From an uncultured Verrucomicrobiota bacterium (GTDB taxonomy: Bacteria > Verrucomicrobiota > Verrucomicrobiia > Opitutales > Opitutaceae), in NCBI GenBank assembly GCA_913058185.1, contig CAJXQX010000008.1, forward strand, positions 8,031 through 72,030: a stretch of 64,000 nucleotides of DNA. The letters run 5' to 3'. The notes under the pieces were generated by a model that had not been told where the DNA came from, did not search any database, and saw nothing but the letters and a program-made list of their open reading frames with translations. A program made the position numbers and the translations under genes. Shown here piece after piece: positions 1 to 9,176 of the stretch; the stretch's first letter is position 1, and the number at the start of each line of letters is the position of its first letter.

Positions 1-1231
1 GGCTAACGGGGTGCGCTTTAATAATGGATACGCGACCCATCCTGTTTGTTCTCCTTCCCGCGCAGGTTTGATGGCGGGCATGTATCAGCACCGTTTTGGA
101 TTTCAGAATAATTCCGGACCGGAGCGCTATGCCGCGGCAAACTTTGGCGTGCCCCGTCGGATTCCGCTGCTCTCGGAGAAACTCAACCAAGCTGGTTATG
201 CGACCGGGATGGTCGGCAAATGGCATATCGGATTTCGAGAAGGTCTGCGTCCGCATGAACGCGGCTTTGATTTTTCCTATGTGTTCCACAGCGGCGCGAG
301 AACCTACTATCCCGAAGCGAAGATCAAAGACCCGCTTTACCGCAATGGGGTCGCCGTCACGCAAGAGCCTGACTACTTGACCGACGCATTCGCCGAAGAA
401 TCGATCAACTTTATCAAGCAAAACCAAAACGCTCCCTTTTTCCTCTATATGGCGTTCAATGCGGTGCACACGCCGATGGAGGCAACAGACAAATACTTGA
501 ATCGCTTTCCAAACATCAAAGACAGAAAGAGAAGAGCTCTCGCCGGGATGCTGTCCGCAATGGATGACGCGGTGGGGAATGTTTTGGATACCCTGACTGA
601 GCTGAACCTCACCGAGAATACGCTGGTCATGTTTTACAGCGACAATGGTGGGATCCCGCCCCTGAACGCCTCGTTGAATCATCCCTTTCGCGGAATGAAA
701 GGGACCTTATATGAAGGCGGTATTCGCGTTCCTTTCATGTTCCAATGGCCCGGCATGGTGCCGGCGAGAAGTCTCTATGAAAAGCCCGTTATGGGATTTG
801 ACTATCATGCCACGGCCTTGGCCGCAGCCGGGGTTGTGGATGATACTTCGCCCGCACTGGACGGTGTCGACTTGCTACCTTTTCTAAAAGACGGACGCGC
901 TGGCGACCCTCACCAAGAACTCTTCTGGCGCACGGGTGGGAAATACGCCATGCGCCGGGGGGATTGGAAGCTGGTCAACGAAAGGACGGGAGGTCAGGTG
1001 CTGTTCAACCTGAAGAACGACCCTCAAGAAATCACTGACGTCTCTTCCCGAAATCGGAAAATATTCAGCGAGATGAAAGCGAGTTATAAAGACTGGAGCG
1101 GAAGCATGATGAAGCCGCAATGGAAGAGGCAGGATCAAGATAACGCCTACCCGGGTGGGGAATTAAAATCTAATCCTCAGAACAGCAGCCGCAAAAAGAA
1201 TCTGAAACGTGATATCCCAGCTACGAATTAA
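1..1231 (+). CDS. S1-family (formylglycine-dependent) sulfatase, 5' end cut by window edge
   Basis: The frame of ORF 11..1231 stays open back to base 2. The FGly motif HPVCSPSRAGLMAGMY sits at the very N-terminal edge. GKWH, YSDNGG and FRGMKGTLYEGGIRVP motifs are present. Confidence 0.9.
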   Translation, partial: ANGVRFNNGYATHPVCSPSRAGLMAGMYQHRFGFQNNSGPERYAAANFGVPRRIPLLSEKLNQAGYATGMVGKWHIGFREGLRPHERGFDFSYVFHSGARTYYPEAKIKDPLYRNGVAVTQEPDYLTDAFAEESINFIKQNQNAPFFLYMAFNAVHTPMEATDKYLNRFPNIKDRKRRALAGMLSAMDDAVGNVLDTLTELNLTENTLVMFYSDNGGIPPLNASLNHPFRGMKGTLYEGGIRVPFMFQWPGMVPARSLYEKPVMGFDYHATALAAAGVVDDTSPALDGVDLLPFLKDGRAGDPHQELFWRTGGKYAMRRGDWKLVNERTGGQVLFNLKNDPQEITDVSSRNRKIFSEMKASYKDWSGSMMKPQWKRQDQDNAYPGGELKSNPQNSSRKKNLKRDIPATN

Positions 1232-1480
1232 TTACATGCCCCTTTGCCAAAAAAGATGAAAACGGAAGTAGTGTCTCAGTAGGGGTGGCAATCTAGGTGG
1301 TAGCCGCTGGCAGCTGGAACTTTTAGACATGGTCAATTTCAGAGAGCAGGCAGTCGTCCTTTTTCGCCTCCCATTCTCAATCGATCCCCCATGAGTGCGG
1401 TGACCGTATCCCTTTAGATTCAAACAAGTAATCCCACATCGGTAACAGTAGCTTACCCAAAATACGTTACCTCCCATTTT

Positions 1481-2908
1481 ATGAAAAAAACGATTCACTC
1501 AGGAAACCGATGCGGAGTGCTGGCCGTTGTTTTGACGTTAGCATCGGTAAGCCAGGTGCTTTCGGCTGAGCCACCCTCCCTTAGACAAACTCAGGACAGG
1601 CCTAATATCGTGTTCATCCTGAGTGACGACCAAGCTTGGACCGACTATAGCTTTCTGGGTCATCCGGATATCAAGACGCCGCATTTGGACAGGCTCGCCG
1701 CAGACAGTCTCGTATTCGAACGCGGCTATGTCGCTGCTCCGCTATGCCGACCTTCCTTGGCTTCGATAGCGACGGGGCGGTATCCGTTTCAGCATGGCAT
1801 CACCGGTAATGATGTGGATGGCCGGAACAACCGGGCGGAGTTGGATCCCCCCTTGCAGGCAGCGTTTCACAAATACCCGAGCTTCATCAAGCTGCTGACT
1901 GCGAATGGCTATCTGGCTCACCAGTCGGGAAAATGGTGGGAAGGATCGTATCAAGACGGCGGTTTCACCCATGGTATGACCCATGGAGACCCGGAACGCG
2001 GTGGCCGGCATGGCGATCAGGGTTTAAAAATCGGGCGTGATGGGATGAAGCCGATTACGGATTTCATCGACGAAGCGACGGAAGCAAAGAAGCCTTTCCT
2101 TCTTTGGTATGCGCCTTTCCTTCCGCATTCACCGCACAACCCACCGGAGCGTTTGCTGGAAAAATACTCCCAGCCAGGAAGGGCGGAGGATGTGGCGAAA
2201 TATTACGCCATGTGCGAATGGTTCGATGAAACCTGCGGTGAATTGCTCGGCTATTTGGACGAGAAATCACTTACCGAGAATACGCTGGTCGTCTATATCT
2301 GCGACAACGGTTGGGCGGCTCAAAGCACAAACGCGAATGACCCAGATCAGGCACTGTGGAAGGGGTTCGCGCTCCGTTCGAAAGGTTCGCCTTACGAAAA
2401 CGGTATCCGCACCCCCATAATGGTTTCTTGGCCGGGACAAGTAGAACCGGACCGCTCCGCGCAGTTGGCTCATGCGATAGATATCTTTCCTACCATCGCC
2501 GCCGCCGCAGGCCTGGAAGCTCCTGCTAATCTAACGGGTGTAAACCTGCTCGACGAAAAGGCGCGCAAGCAGCGCACGGCCGTGTTCGGCGTGACGAACT
2601 CGATTCACAACATGTCACCAGGCAAACCCGATGAGACGTTGCAGTATCTTTGGTGTGTTGAAGGCGACTGGAAACTCATGCTTCGTTATCCGGGGGAGGA
2701 CACTACGAAGTACAAGAATGTGCACATATGGGACACGGCGCCGGTTCGGCTATATAATTTGGCGGATGCCCCCCACGGAAATACCGACCTGGCGTCCACC
2801 CATTCGGATGTCGTCGAACGACTGAAGAAGCGAATTGAGAATTGGCACCGGGTTGCAAACCGCTGGGCTAATAATGTAGCAAAAAAACTTCGTTCCTTAC
2901 CTATTTAA
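1481..2908 (+). CDS. Exported S1-family sulfatase with non-canonical C-x-P-x-L signature
   Basis: Signal peptide (MKKTIHSGNRCGVLAVVLTLASVSQVLSA), then PNIVFILSDDQAW, LCRPSLASIATGRYP, SGKWW, ICDNG and SKGSPYENGIRTP. Leu replaces the usual Arg of the FGly motif. Confidence 0.9.
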   Translation: MKKTIHSGNRCGVLAVVLTLASVSQVLSAEPPSLRQTQDRPNIVFILSDDQAWTDYSFLGHPDIKTPHLDRLAADSLVFERGYVAAPLCRPSLASIATGRYPFQHGITGNDVDGRNNRAELDPPLQAAFHKYPSFIKLLTANGYLAHQSGKWWEGSYQDGGFTHGMTHGDPERGGRHGDQGLKIGRDGMKPITDFIDEATEAKKPFLLWYAPFLPHSPHNPPERLLEKYSQPGRAEDVAKYYAMCEWFDETCGELLGYLDEKSLTENTLVVYICDNGWAAQSTNANDPDQALWKGFALRSKGSPYENGIRTPIMVSWPGQVEPDRSAQLAHAIDIFPTIAAAAGLEAPANLTGVNLLDEKARKQRTAVFGVTNSIHNMSPGKPDETLQYLWCVEGDWKLMLRYPGEDTTKYKNVHIWDTAPVRLYNLADAPHGNTDLASTHSDVVERLKKRIENWHRVANRWANNVAKKLRSLPI

Positions 2909-3177
2909 ATTTTGACCGCGTTCCTACGCGAAATCGTCCTAATAAGGACCCTGATCGAAAGCGCTCTACCCCACCCAGTCGTTCGCTTCGACCCGCTTAG
3001 AACCTATAATTAATAACCAGTGAAGATCGTCGTGCCGGAGCTCTTCATATTGTAATGACGGCGGACCGTGAGATCGGAGAATTGCTCCTCCCACTGATCG
3101 GTCGGGTTGATCGCATCCACGATCAGTTTCAGCTTCTCGATTTTTAGCGTCTCAATTTTTTAGTTTTCAAACTCCTC

Positions 3178-4614
3178 ATGCGTCCGCTCACCGTTTTTTT
3201 CGTAACCACACTCTCCTGCTTTATTGCGACCGCAGATGCCCAACGTCCCCGGGCTCATGAACAACTCTACGCTCAACTCTGTGCCAATTGTCACGGCGCC
3301 GACGGTGCAGGTGGCCAAGGCCCGTCGTTGATCGACGACGTTTGGACTCACGGTTCTGACGACAACTCGATCGCCCGCGTGATCGCTCAAGGATCGGGCG
3401 CCGGCACCATGCCCGCTTACGGCGAGGTCCTGGCCGACGACCAAATCGTTTCCCTCATCGTGCTCATGCGCGAATTGCGCAACCGTCCCCAACTCGACGC
3501 CGCCAAGGAAGCAGCCGCGGGCAACAACGGCCGCTACACCACGGACCTCGCGGACTTCACGCTCACCGAAATCTTCACGATCGACGGCATTCTGTGGGGC
3601 CTAGCTTTCCTCCCCGACGGGCGCATGATCCTCTCCGCGAAATCAGGCCGGATCATCATCACCGACGGGTCTATTTCCACTGAAATTTCCGGTGTGCCTG
3701 CCGTGCACGACGAGGGCGACATCGGCATGCACGACATCATCCTTCACCCCGACTACACCACCAACGGCTGGATCTACGTTGCCGCCGTGGTCGATGGCGA
3801 TCCCGATTCCGATGAGCGCCGCGCCATGACCGAGATCATCCGCGGTCGTATCCGCGACGGCCAATGGGTCGACGAAGAACGTATCTTCCAAGCTCGCCCC
3901 GAGCACCGCGCAGCCGGTCGCGCGCGACTCGGCTCACGCCTGCTGTTTCACGACGGGTATTTATATTTCACGATTGGAGACGGCGGCCCCGGCGAACCCT
4001 CGCAAGACCTCACCGCCCCCACCGGCAAAACCTTCCGCATTCACGACGACGGCCGCATCCCGGTCGACAACCCCTTCGTCGGCCACGAGGACCCCGACGT
4101 TTATACCGCCATCTGGACCTACGGTAACCGCAACGTGCAGGGCCTGGCCGTCCAACCCGGCACCTGGAGAATGTTTGCGACTGAACATGGCCCGCGCGGC
4201 GGAGACGAACTCAACGTCCTCACCCCTGGCACCAACTACGGTTGGCCGCTCGTCACCTTCGGCATCGACTATAATGGCCAGCCCGTGTCGGCCCTGCAAC
4301 ACCTGCCCGGCGTGCAAGACCCACTGCTACATTGGACCCCATCCATCGCCGTCTGCGACATTCACTTTTACACCGGAACTGAATTCCCCTCCTGGCAAGG
4401 AGACCTCCTCGTCACTGCCCTCGGCCAGGAACATCTCCGTCGCCTGCGCTTGGACGGCACCCGGGTAATTTCCCAGGAACTTCTCATCAGTGACATCGGC
4501 CGCGTGCGCACGATCTCCGAAGACGCCGACGGCAACATCTACCTCGTCACCAACCACCGCGGAGAATCCCCCCGCAGCCACGTCTACCGGATAGCGCGCA
4601 AGCGCACAAAATAA
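3178..4614 (+). CDS. Cytochrome c domain fused to PQQ-dependent soluble sugar (glucose/sorbosone) dehydrogenase beta-propeller
   Basis: Signal peptide. CANCHG heme-binding site with GTMPAYG Met ligand region. SGDH-type motifs follow: GLAFLPDGRM, GNRNVQGLA, EHGPRGGDELN, TNYGWP. Confidence 0.85.
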   Translation: MRPLTVFFVTTLSCFIATADAQRPRAHEQLYAQLCANCHGADGAGGQGPSLIDDVWTHGSDDNSIARVIAQGSGAGTMPAYGEVLADDQIVSLIVLMRELRNRPQLDAAKEAAAGNNGRYTTDLADFTLTEIFTIDGILWGLAFLPDGRMILSAKSGRIIITDGSISTEISGVPAVHDEGDIGMHDIILHPDYTTNGWIYVAAVVDGDPDSDERRAMTEIIRGRIRDGQWVDEERIFQARPEHRAAGRARLGSRLLFHDGYLYFTIGDGGPGEPSQDLTAPTGKTFRIHDDGRIPVDNPFVGHEDPDVYTAIWTYGNRNVQGLAVQPGTWRMFATEHGPRGGDELNVLTPGTNYGWPLVTFGIDYNGQPVSALQHLPGVQDPLLHWTPSIAVCDIHFYTGTEFPSWQGDLLVTALGQEHLRRLRLDGTRVISQELLISDIGRVRTISEDADGNIYLVTNHRGESPRSHVYRIARKRTK

Positions 4615-4961
4615 CATACGCGGTGCGAGCGAAGTAACAGGTATCTAGTCTCAAGCAGCAGGGGGCATCACAAAGGGTCGTTCCATACTAATTGATATTT
4701 TTGCACGAAATCGTTCTCATGAAGAGTCTGAACGAATACGACCCGCCCCACGCCCGCCCTCTATTCGAACAGTAAGGACTGATCCTTTTTAGCCTCCCAT
4801 ACGCCACACGTCGACGAGACTGATCAACAGCTGGCCGGCCTCATTCTCCTCGGAATACTACCTACTCAAATTAATCTTCGAGTTACGGTAGTCCTCGAGT
4901 CGGTGGCGGGGTAAAACGGAGGGGAGTGATCCTAGTGCGCCTCTCGGACGCTTACCGTTAT

Positions 4962-6575
4962 TCAATCCACCGTGGAAAACACGGATGTGGGCAGACCCGC
5001 ACTGTTGACCAGATTCGCCCCTTCCGGGTTAGAAGACCAAGCATAGCGGGCCGCAACCGGTTCGGTCACATCGGGGTGGCTAAGTATTACTTGAGCGGCA
5101 CCGACGATCTCGGCATTTGCCCAAATCCATTTCCCGTCAGCACCGGCGATTTCAAACCGCTGCAGCGCCAGTCCATCCCGGGATTGAAGGCCCACCCCCA
5201 CACTGGTGAAACGAACCGCCAGAGCCCCTGCTTCGACTTCAACGGATTCATACAGCGGACCTGAATAGATGATACCCTTCGCATCATAAACGTTTGCTAA
5301 CGCCCAGCGGGCGAGGCGCTCGCCCGGCGTCTGTTTGTCCTTAGGATGAATGTTATTCTCCTCACCGACGTCGTTGATCACCGCCATGCCGGTGTGGGCG
5401 GTGGTGGCCAGAACCCTGCGCATCCGGTCCTGCACAGCGGCCCAAGGATCCTCCATAACCGGTTCCGACGTGGGTGCCTTAAAATTGGCCAGCTGCACGT
5501 AATAAAATGGAAACTCATAGCCCCAGCGACTTCGCCAGTCCTCGATTAACGCGGACAGTAGAATATCGTAGGGAACCAGGTGCGTATGGGCATTGGATTC
5601 ACCCTGATACCAGATCACACCCCGAATGTCGTAGCCTACGAAAGGATGGACCATGGAATTAAAAAGCACGCCTGGCTGTGAGGCAGTGAGAAGCGGCCGT
5701 TGAGGCTCCTCCCGCATAGGCCGGGGTCGAGGGGTGTCGGTCGGTTGACCAGCGTCAACCCATTGTTGAAAGGCCGCATTACGTTGCTCATATACCGCCA
5801 TCGCTAGGGCGGGATCGTAATCAGCTTCCTGCCGCATAAGGGTGTCCACCAGGTGTTTCGTCACAGGGTCGGACTGAAGCACGTCACGGCTGATAAATGA
5901 CTCGATGCGTTTAGCTCCCCACGCCGAAACGATGACGCCGACGGGCACCCCCAGTTCCTGCTGAAGCTTACGGGCATAATAATACGCCACCGCGGAATAA
6001 TCACCGTCCGTTTCTGGAGAACAAATAGTCCACTGCCCTGCTATATCCCCCTGGGGAGGTTCCGCCGTTACTTCAGGGGAATGAAACATCCGAATCAAGG
6101 GATGGTGCGCGGAGGTGATCGATTCCTCAGGACGGTTAGATCTATCCAACTTCCACATCATATTCGACTGTCCGGCAGCGAACCAAACCTCCCCCACGAG
6201 GACATCCTCGATAGAGACATCATCCCCTCCCGACCGGATCACCAGAAGATGCCCGTCCGGCCCGCCGTTGCCCGACGCGATGTGCAGCGCCCAATTCCCA
6301 TCCTCTCCCGCTTTGGCCGTAGATGAAGCACCCCGAAACTGAACCGATACCTCTTGGCCGGGTGACGCATGTCCCCAGACCTTCACTGCTTTCCCCTGCT
6401 GGAGAACCATGTGGTCGCTGAAAAAATGAGGGACCGACAATTCAGCCCGTGCACTCAGAGCAGAGCTGAGGACGAGAAGGAAAAGAGCAGCAAAATATTT
6501 TTCTACGCGCCAGTTCGTTTGGTTTGTTTTCAGCATATCCATTTTCATAGGAGCTGGAAATGGGGGCGAACGCAA
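4962..6575 (-). CDS. Sialate O-acetylesterase (SASA/DUF303) family carbohydrate esterase, intact copy
   Basis: FSDHMVLQQGKAVKVWG, VGEVWFAAGQSNM (Ser nucleophile block), GVIWYQGESN, NNIHPKDKQTPGERLA. The start could instead be the internal Met at 6548. Confidence 0.85.
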   Translation of the reverse strand: MRSPPFPAPMKMDMLKTNQTNWRVEKYFAALFLLVLSSALSARAELSVPHFFSDHMVLQQGKAVKVWGHASPGQEVSVQFRGASSTAKAGEDGNWALHIASGNGGPDGHLLVIRSGGDDVSIEDVLVGEVWFAAGQSNMMWKLDRSNRPEESITSAHHPLIRMFHSPEVTAEPPQGDIAGQWTICSPETDGDYSAVAYYYARKLQQELGVPVGVIVSAWGAKRIESFISRDVLQSDPVTKHLVDTLMRQEADYDPALAMAVYEQRNAAFQQWVDAGQPTDTPRPRPMREEPQRPLLTASQPGVLFNSMVHPFVGYDIRGVIWYQGESNAHTHLVPYDILLSALIEDWRSRWGYEFPFYYVQLANFKAPTSEPVMEDPWAAVQDRMRRVLATTAHTGMAVINDVGEENNIHPKDKQTPGERLARWALANVYDAKGIIYSGPLYESVEVEAGALAVRFTSVGVGLQSRDGLALQRFEIAGADGKWIWANAEIVGAAQVILSHPDVTEPVAARYAWSSNPEGANLVNSAGLPTSVFSTVD

Positions 6576-6990
6576 AAGATTTATATCGGTCAGGAACCGA
6601 TCCGATTTCTTCCCCTTGATTTCATCGAACTGAGGATGCTGCAGCGCACACTAACGCGAAAAATCCCTCATCCTGAATATCTCTGCAATGGATATCACGG
6701 GAGTCAGAGTTCCGATAAATCCCTCCCCGTAGAAACAGACTCAAGACATCAATCGTCGAATCCTAATGCCTTTTGATCGCTCTCTAATTTCCGCCGCGCC
6801 ATGAGTGAAAAGCATCAATGAAGCGCGCCCACCTCTTACTATTTTTATTGAGCACTTTCTCGGTGCTCGAGGCCGCACCCGAGATCACCCGGCCGAGACC
6901 GCATCCCGAAGCAGAGAAAGCAATGGCGGGTTTCGATTTGGAGAGAGATTTTGCCCCCAGCTCAAATTTCATTCGCGCGAGATCGTGACA

Positions 6991-7347
6991 ATGGCGATCA
7001 ACAATCAGGTTCCAGGCATGAACGGGCTAATGTTCATGAGGTGGCGAGGTGATGATCCATACACTGAGATCACAGCATCCGTGCAGTGGTTTGAGCATCG
7101 ATCGGATCTGCTCAACTTCTACGCCGAGAGCGTCAACCGAAACGGATTCCAATTAGGTAAAATCAACGGAGCGGTTGTTTGGGAGATCGGCGAACACGGA
7201 TTCAGCTGGACGGATGCCGAACACTTTCTGGTGAGCTTAATCGGATCACCTCCTCCCCCACCGAAGATGCTCAACGCTTGGATGGCATCGGCTCCCAGCA
7301 ACGTTGCTGAGATTGAAAACGCGAAGCGTCCAAATAGCGGAAAATAA
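6991..7347 (+). CDS. Hypothetical protein (118 aa)
   Basis: ATG at 6991 lies inside track ORF 6805..7347. The upstream part of that ORF is Arg/Gly-rich and overlaps a different-frame signal-peptide mini-ORF. No recognisable motifs. Confidence 0.4.
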   Translation: MAINNQVPGMNGLMFMRWRGDDPYTEITASVQWFEHRSDLLNFYAESVNRNGFQLGKINGAVVWEIGEHGFSWTDAEHFLVSLIGSPPPPPKMLNAWMASAPSNVAEIENAKRPNSGK

Positions 7348-7468
7348 AAATTCAAGGCAAACCGAACTAGTATAGTCGCATTGATTTCATTAAACTGAAG
7401 AGGCCACTGCCCTATCCAGCCGCTGGACCGTCTTGCATTCTACCCTTGGTTGGACGTAACCACTTCAC

Positions 7469-7951
7469 ATGGACGTTGAAATCATTCAGGCCGACTACGC
7501 CGATCCGAAGCATCGCAAAGACATTCCACTGGTTCTAAGTGCGTATGCATCGGACCCCATGGGTGGCGGAGTTCCTTTGAGCGATTTCACGAAAACGAAC
7601 TTGGTGGATAAGCTGTCCGCACTTGGTCACGCGTTTACGATCTTAGCCTACGTCGATGGCGAACCCGCGGGCCTGGTGAATTGTTTGGAAGGTTTCTCCA
7701 GCTTTGCCTGCCATCCCCTCATCAACATCCATGACGTGGTGGTATTGGAGAACTTTCGGGGCCACGGATTGAGCCAAAGCATGTTGCAAAAGGTTGAGGC
7801 CATCGCCCAAGAACGGAGTTGCTGCAAAATCACGCTCGAGGTGCTCAGCAACAATACGATCGCCAAAAAAGCCTACGCCAAATTCGGATTCGCCGGCTAC
7901 GAGTTGGACCCCTCCGCCGGCCATGCCTTGTTCTGGGAAAAAGCCCTTTGA
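7469..7951 (+). CDS. GNAT family N-acetyltransferase
   Basis: 160 aa with the acetyl-CoA binding block VVVLENFRGHGLSQSML and the C-terminal AKKAYAKFGF motif. Confidence 0.85.
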   Translation: MDVEIIQADYADPKHRKDIPLVLSAYASDPMGGGVPLSDFTKTNLVDKLSALGHAFTILAYVDGEPAGLVNCLEGFSSFACHPLINIHDVVVLENFRGHGLSQSMLQKVEAIAQERSCCKITLEVLSNNTIAKKAYAKFGFAGYELDPSAGHALFWEKAL

Positions 7952-8092
7952 TCCTGCATCAAAGACACCTCAGCGTAACGAATTTATTCCACCGATTTTC
8001 AAGCAGAAGGTCGCAAAGAAAACAAAGGGCTAAGCACCGCTGATTTCACAGAAGGAAGCAGAGCGCACGGGGCCAACCTACCGATACTAAGT

Positions 8093-8179
8093 GCCGCAAA
8101 AAGGCACAAAACTCGACGAACGAGATGAGCCTTTAGGCTCACTTCAGACTCATGGAAACAGGCCTGTGCTTTTTGCGGC
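8093..8179. repeat. REP-like palindromic intergenic element, copy A
   Basis: Arms GCCGCAAAAAGGCACA (8093-8108) and TGTGCTTTTTGCGGC (8165-8179) are inverted. The central mini-palindrome is GAGCCTTTAGGCTC. Roughly 80 percent identical by eye to copy B. Confidence 0.7.
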
Positions 8180-8327
8180 CAATTCCACTGTGCCTTTTGA
8201 TTCGCAGCCCGAATGTTAAGTTTAGTCGATTCCTGAAATAACCCTATCCTACAAAATATGCCCCATATTTACACCTAATGATCGTTAATATTTGGATACG
8301 ATTTTTTCGGATACCCCTAATGAAATC

Positions 8328-8886
8328 ATGAATTGGAAACCCAGAATCGCAGTGAGGTCCGATATCTCTCAGATCGAAGAGCTGATCTCGCGTTCCTCTT
8401 TTCGAATTGCAGCGAGGCACTTATAGCCAAGCGCAAATCCAGGCGGCTCTAGGACCTGTATTCGGAGTGGACGACCAGTTGATTGAAGATGGGACCTACT
8501 TCGTCGTTGAAGATGAATCAAAGATAGTGGGATGCGTAGGATGGAGTTATCGTAAGTCACTTTTCGGAGGAAATAGTGAAAGAAACGAACCCGACCCTCT
8601 ACTTGATTTCAAAACGGATTCAGCCCGCGTGAGAGCATTTTTTGTCGACCCAGCCTATGCTCGCCAAGGAATTGGCAGCGCACTCATGATGGGATGTGAA
8701 AACGCTTTGAGGACCATGGGGTTTACTCGGGTAGAGATATCGGCGACGTTGATTGTAGAGCCACTTTATTCAAAATTCGGATACAAATTTTTCGAGCACT
8801 ATGAGATCGCTTTGAAGGGAGCTGAGTCGATGAAGGTGGTGAAAATAACCAAGGAGATTGAACAAGATCAGAATGGGGTAGGCTGA
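8328..8886 (+). pseudogene. GNAT family N-acetyltransferase interrupted by a +1 frameshift in a T4 run
   Basis: ATG 8328 opens MNWKPRIAVRSDISQIEELISRSSF, which hits TAG at 8424. The rest of the protein (ELQRGTYSQAQIQAAL...DGTYFVVE...ARQGIGSALM) continues in the next frame as track ORF 8407..8886. Removing one T from TTTT at 8399-8402 joins the two parts. Confidence 0.7.
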
Positions 8887-9176
8887 GGAATTAACCGGAC
8901 CTCTCCACTCCTCCCAGTATTCGGGTCCATCCTTCGCCATGGCTACGGCGAACACAGCCGCAACCGGCGGTTCCGAACATTAGCGAGGGACATAATAGGA
9001 CCGTCCCTTGATTCCTCACAGATTTCCTAGAACCGAACCGGCATTATTTTGTTCAAGACTCAAGCAATGCCCCCTTTTCATTCCGCCCTCGCCCAGTCCG
9101 TCTGGCCCGAGCCAGTCGGTAACTTTCAGGTTCGTTCATTTTGCACTCTGGCCGAAATGCCTTTGAGTGAACCCCG

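Noticed and set aside
1360-1385. Short motif CGCCTCCCAT recurring at about 1365, 4789 and 28159, and TCTCAATCGA-like strings at about 1378 and 12806, as a shared promoter or regulatory box.
   Set aside because: The matches are only 9-12 nt with inconsistent positions relative to genes. This needs genome-wide statistics before any claim.
3020-3150. Minus-strand open stretch encoding …KIEKLKLIVDAINPTDQWEEQFSDLTVRRHYNMKSSGTTIFTGY.
   Set aside because: It has no ATG and only about 50 codons, with no motif I recognise. It could be a relic, but support is too weak.
6805-6990. N-terminal 62 codons of track ORF 6805-7347.
   Set aside because: The translation is Arg-rich and low in complexity. A convincing signal-peptide ORF occupies another frame of the same DNA, and a clean ATG exists at 6991.
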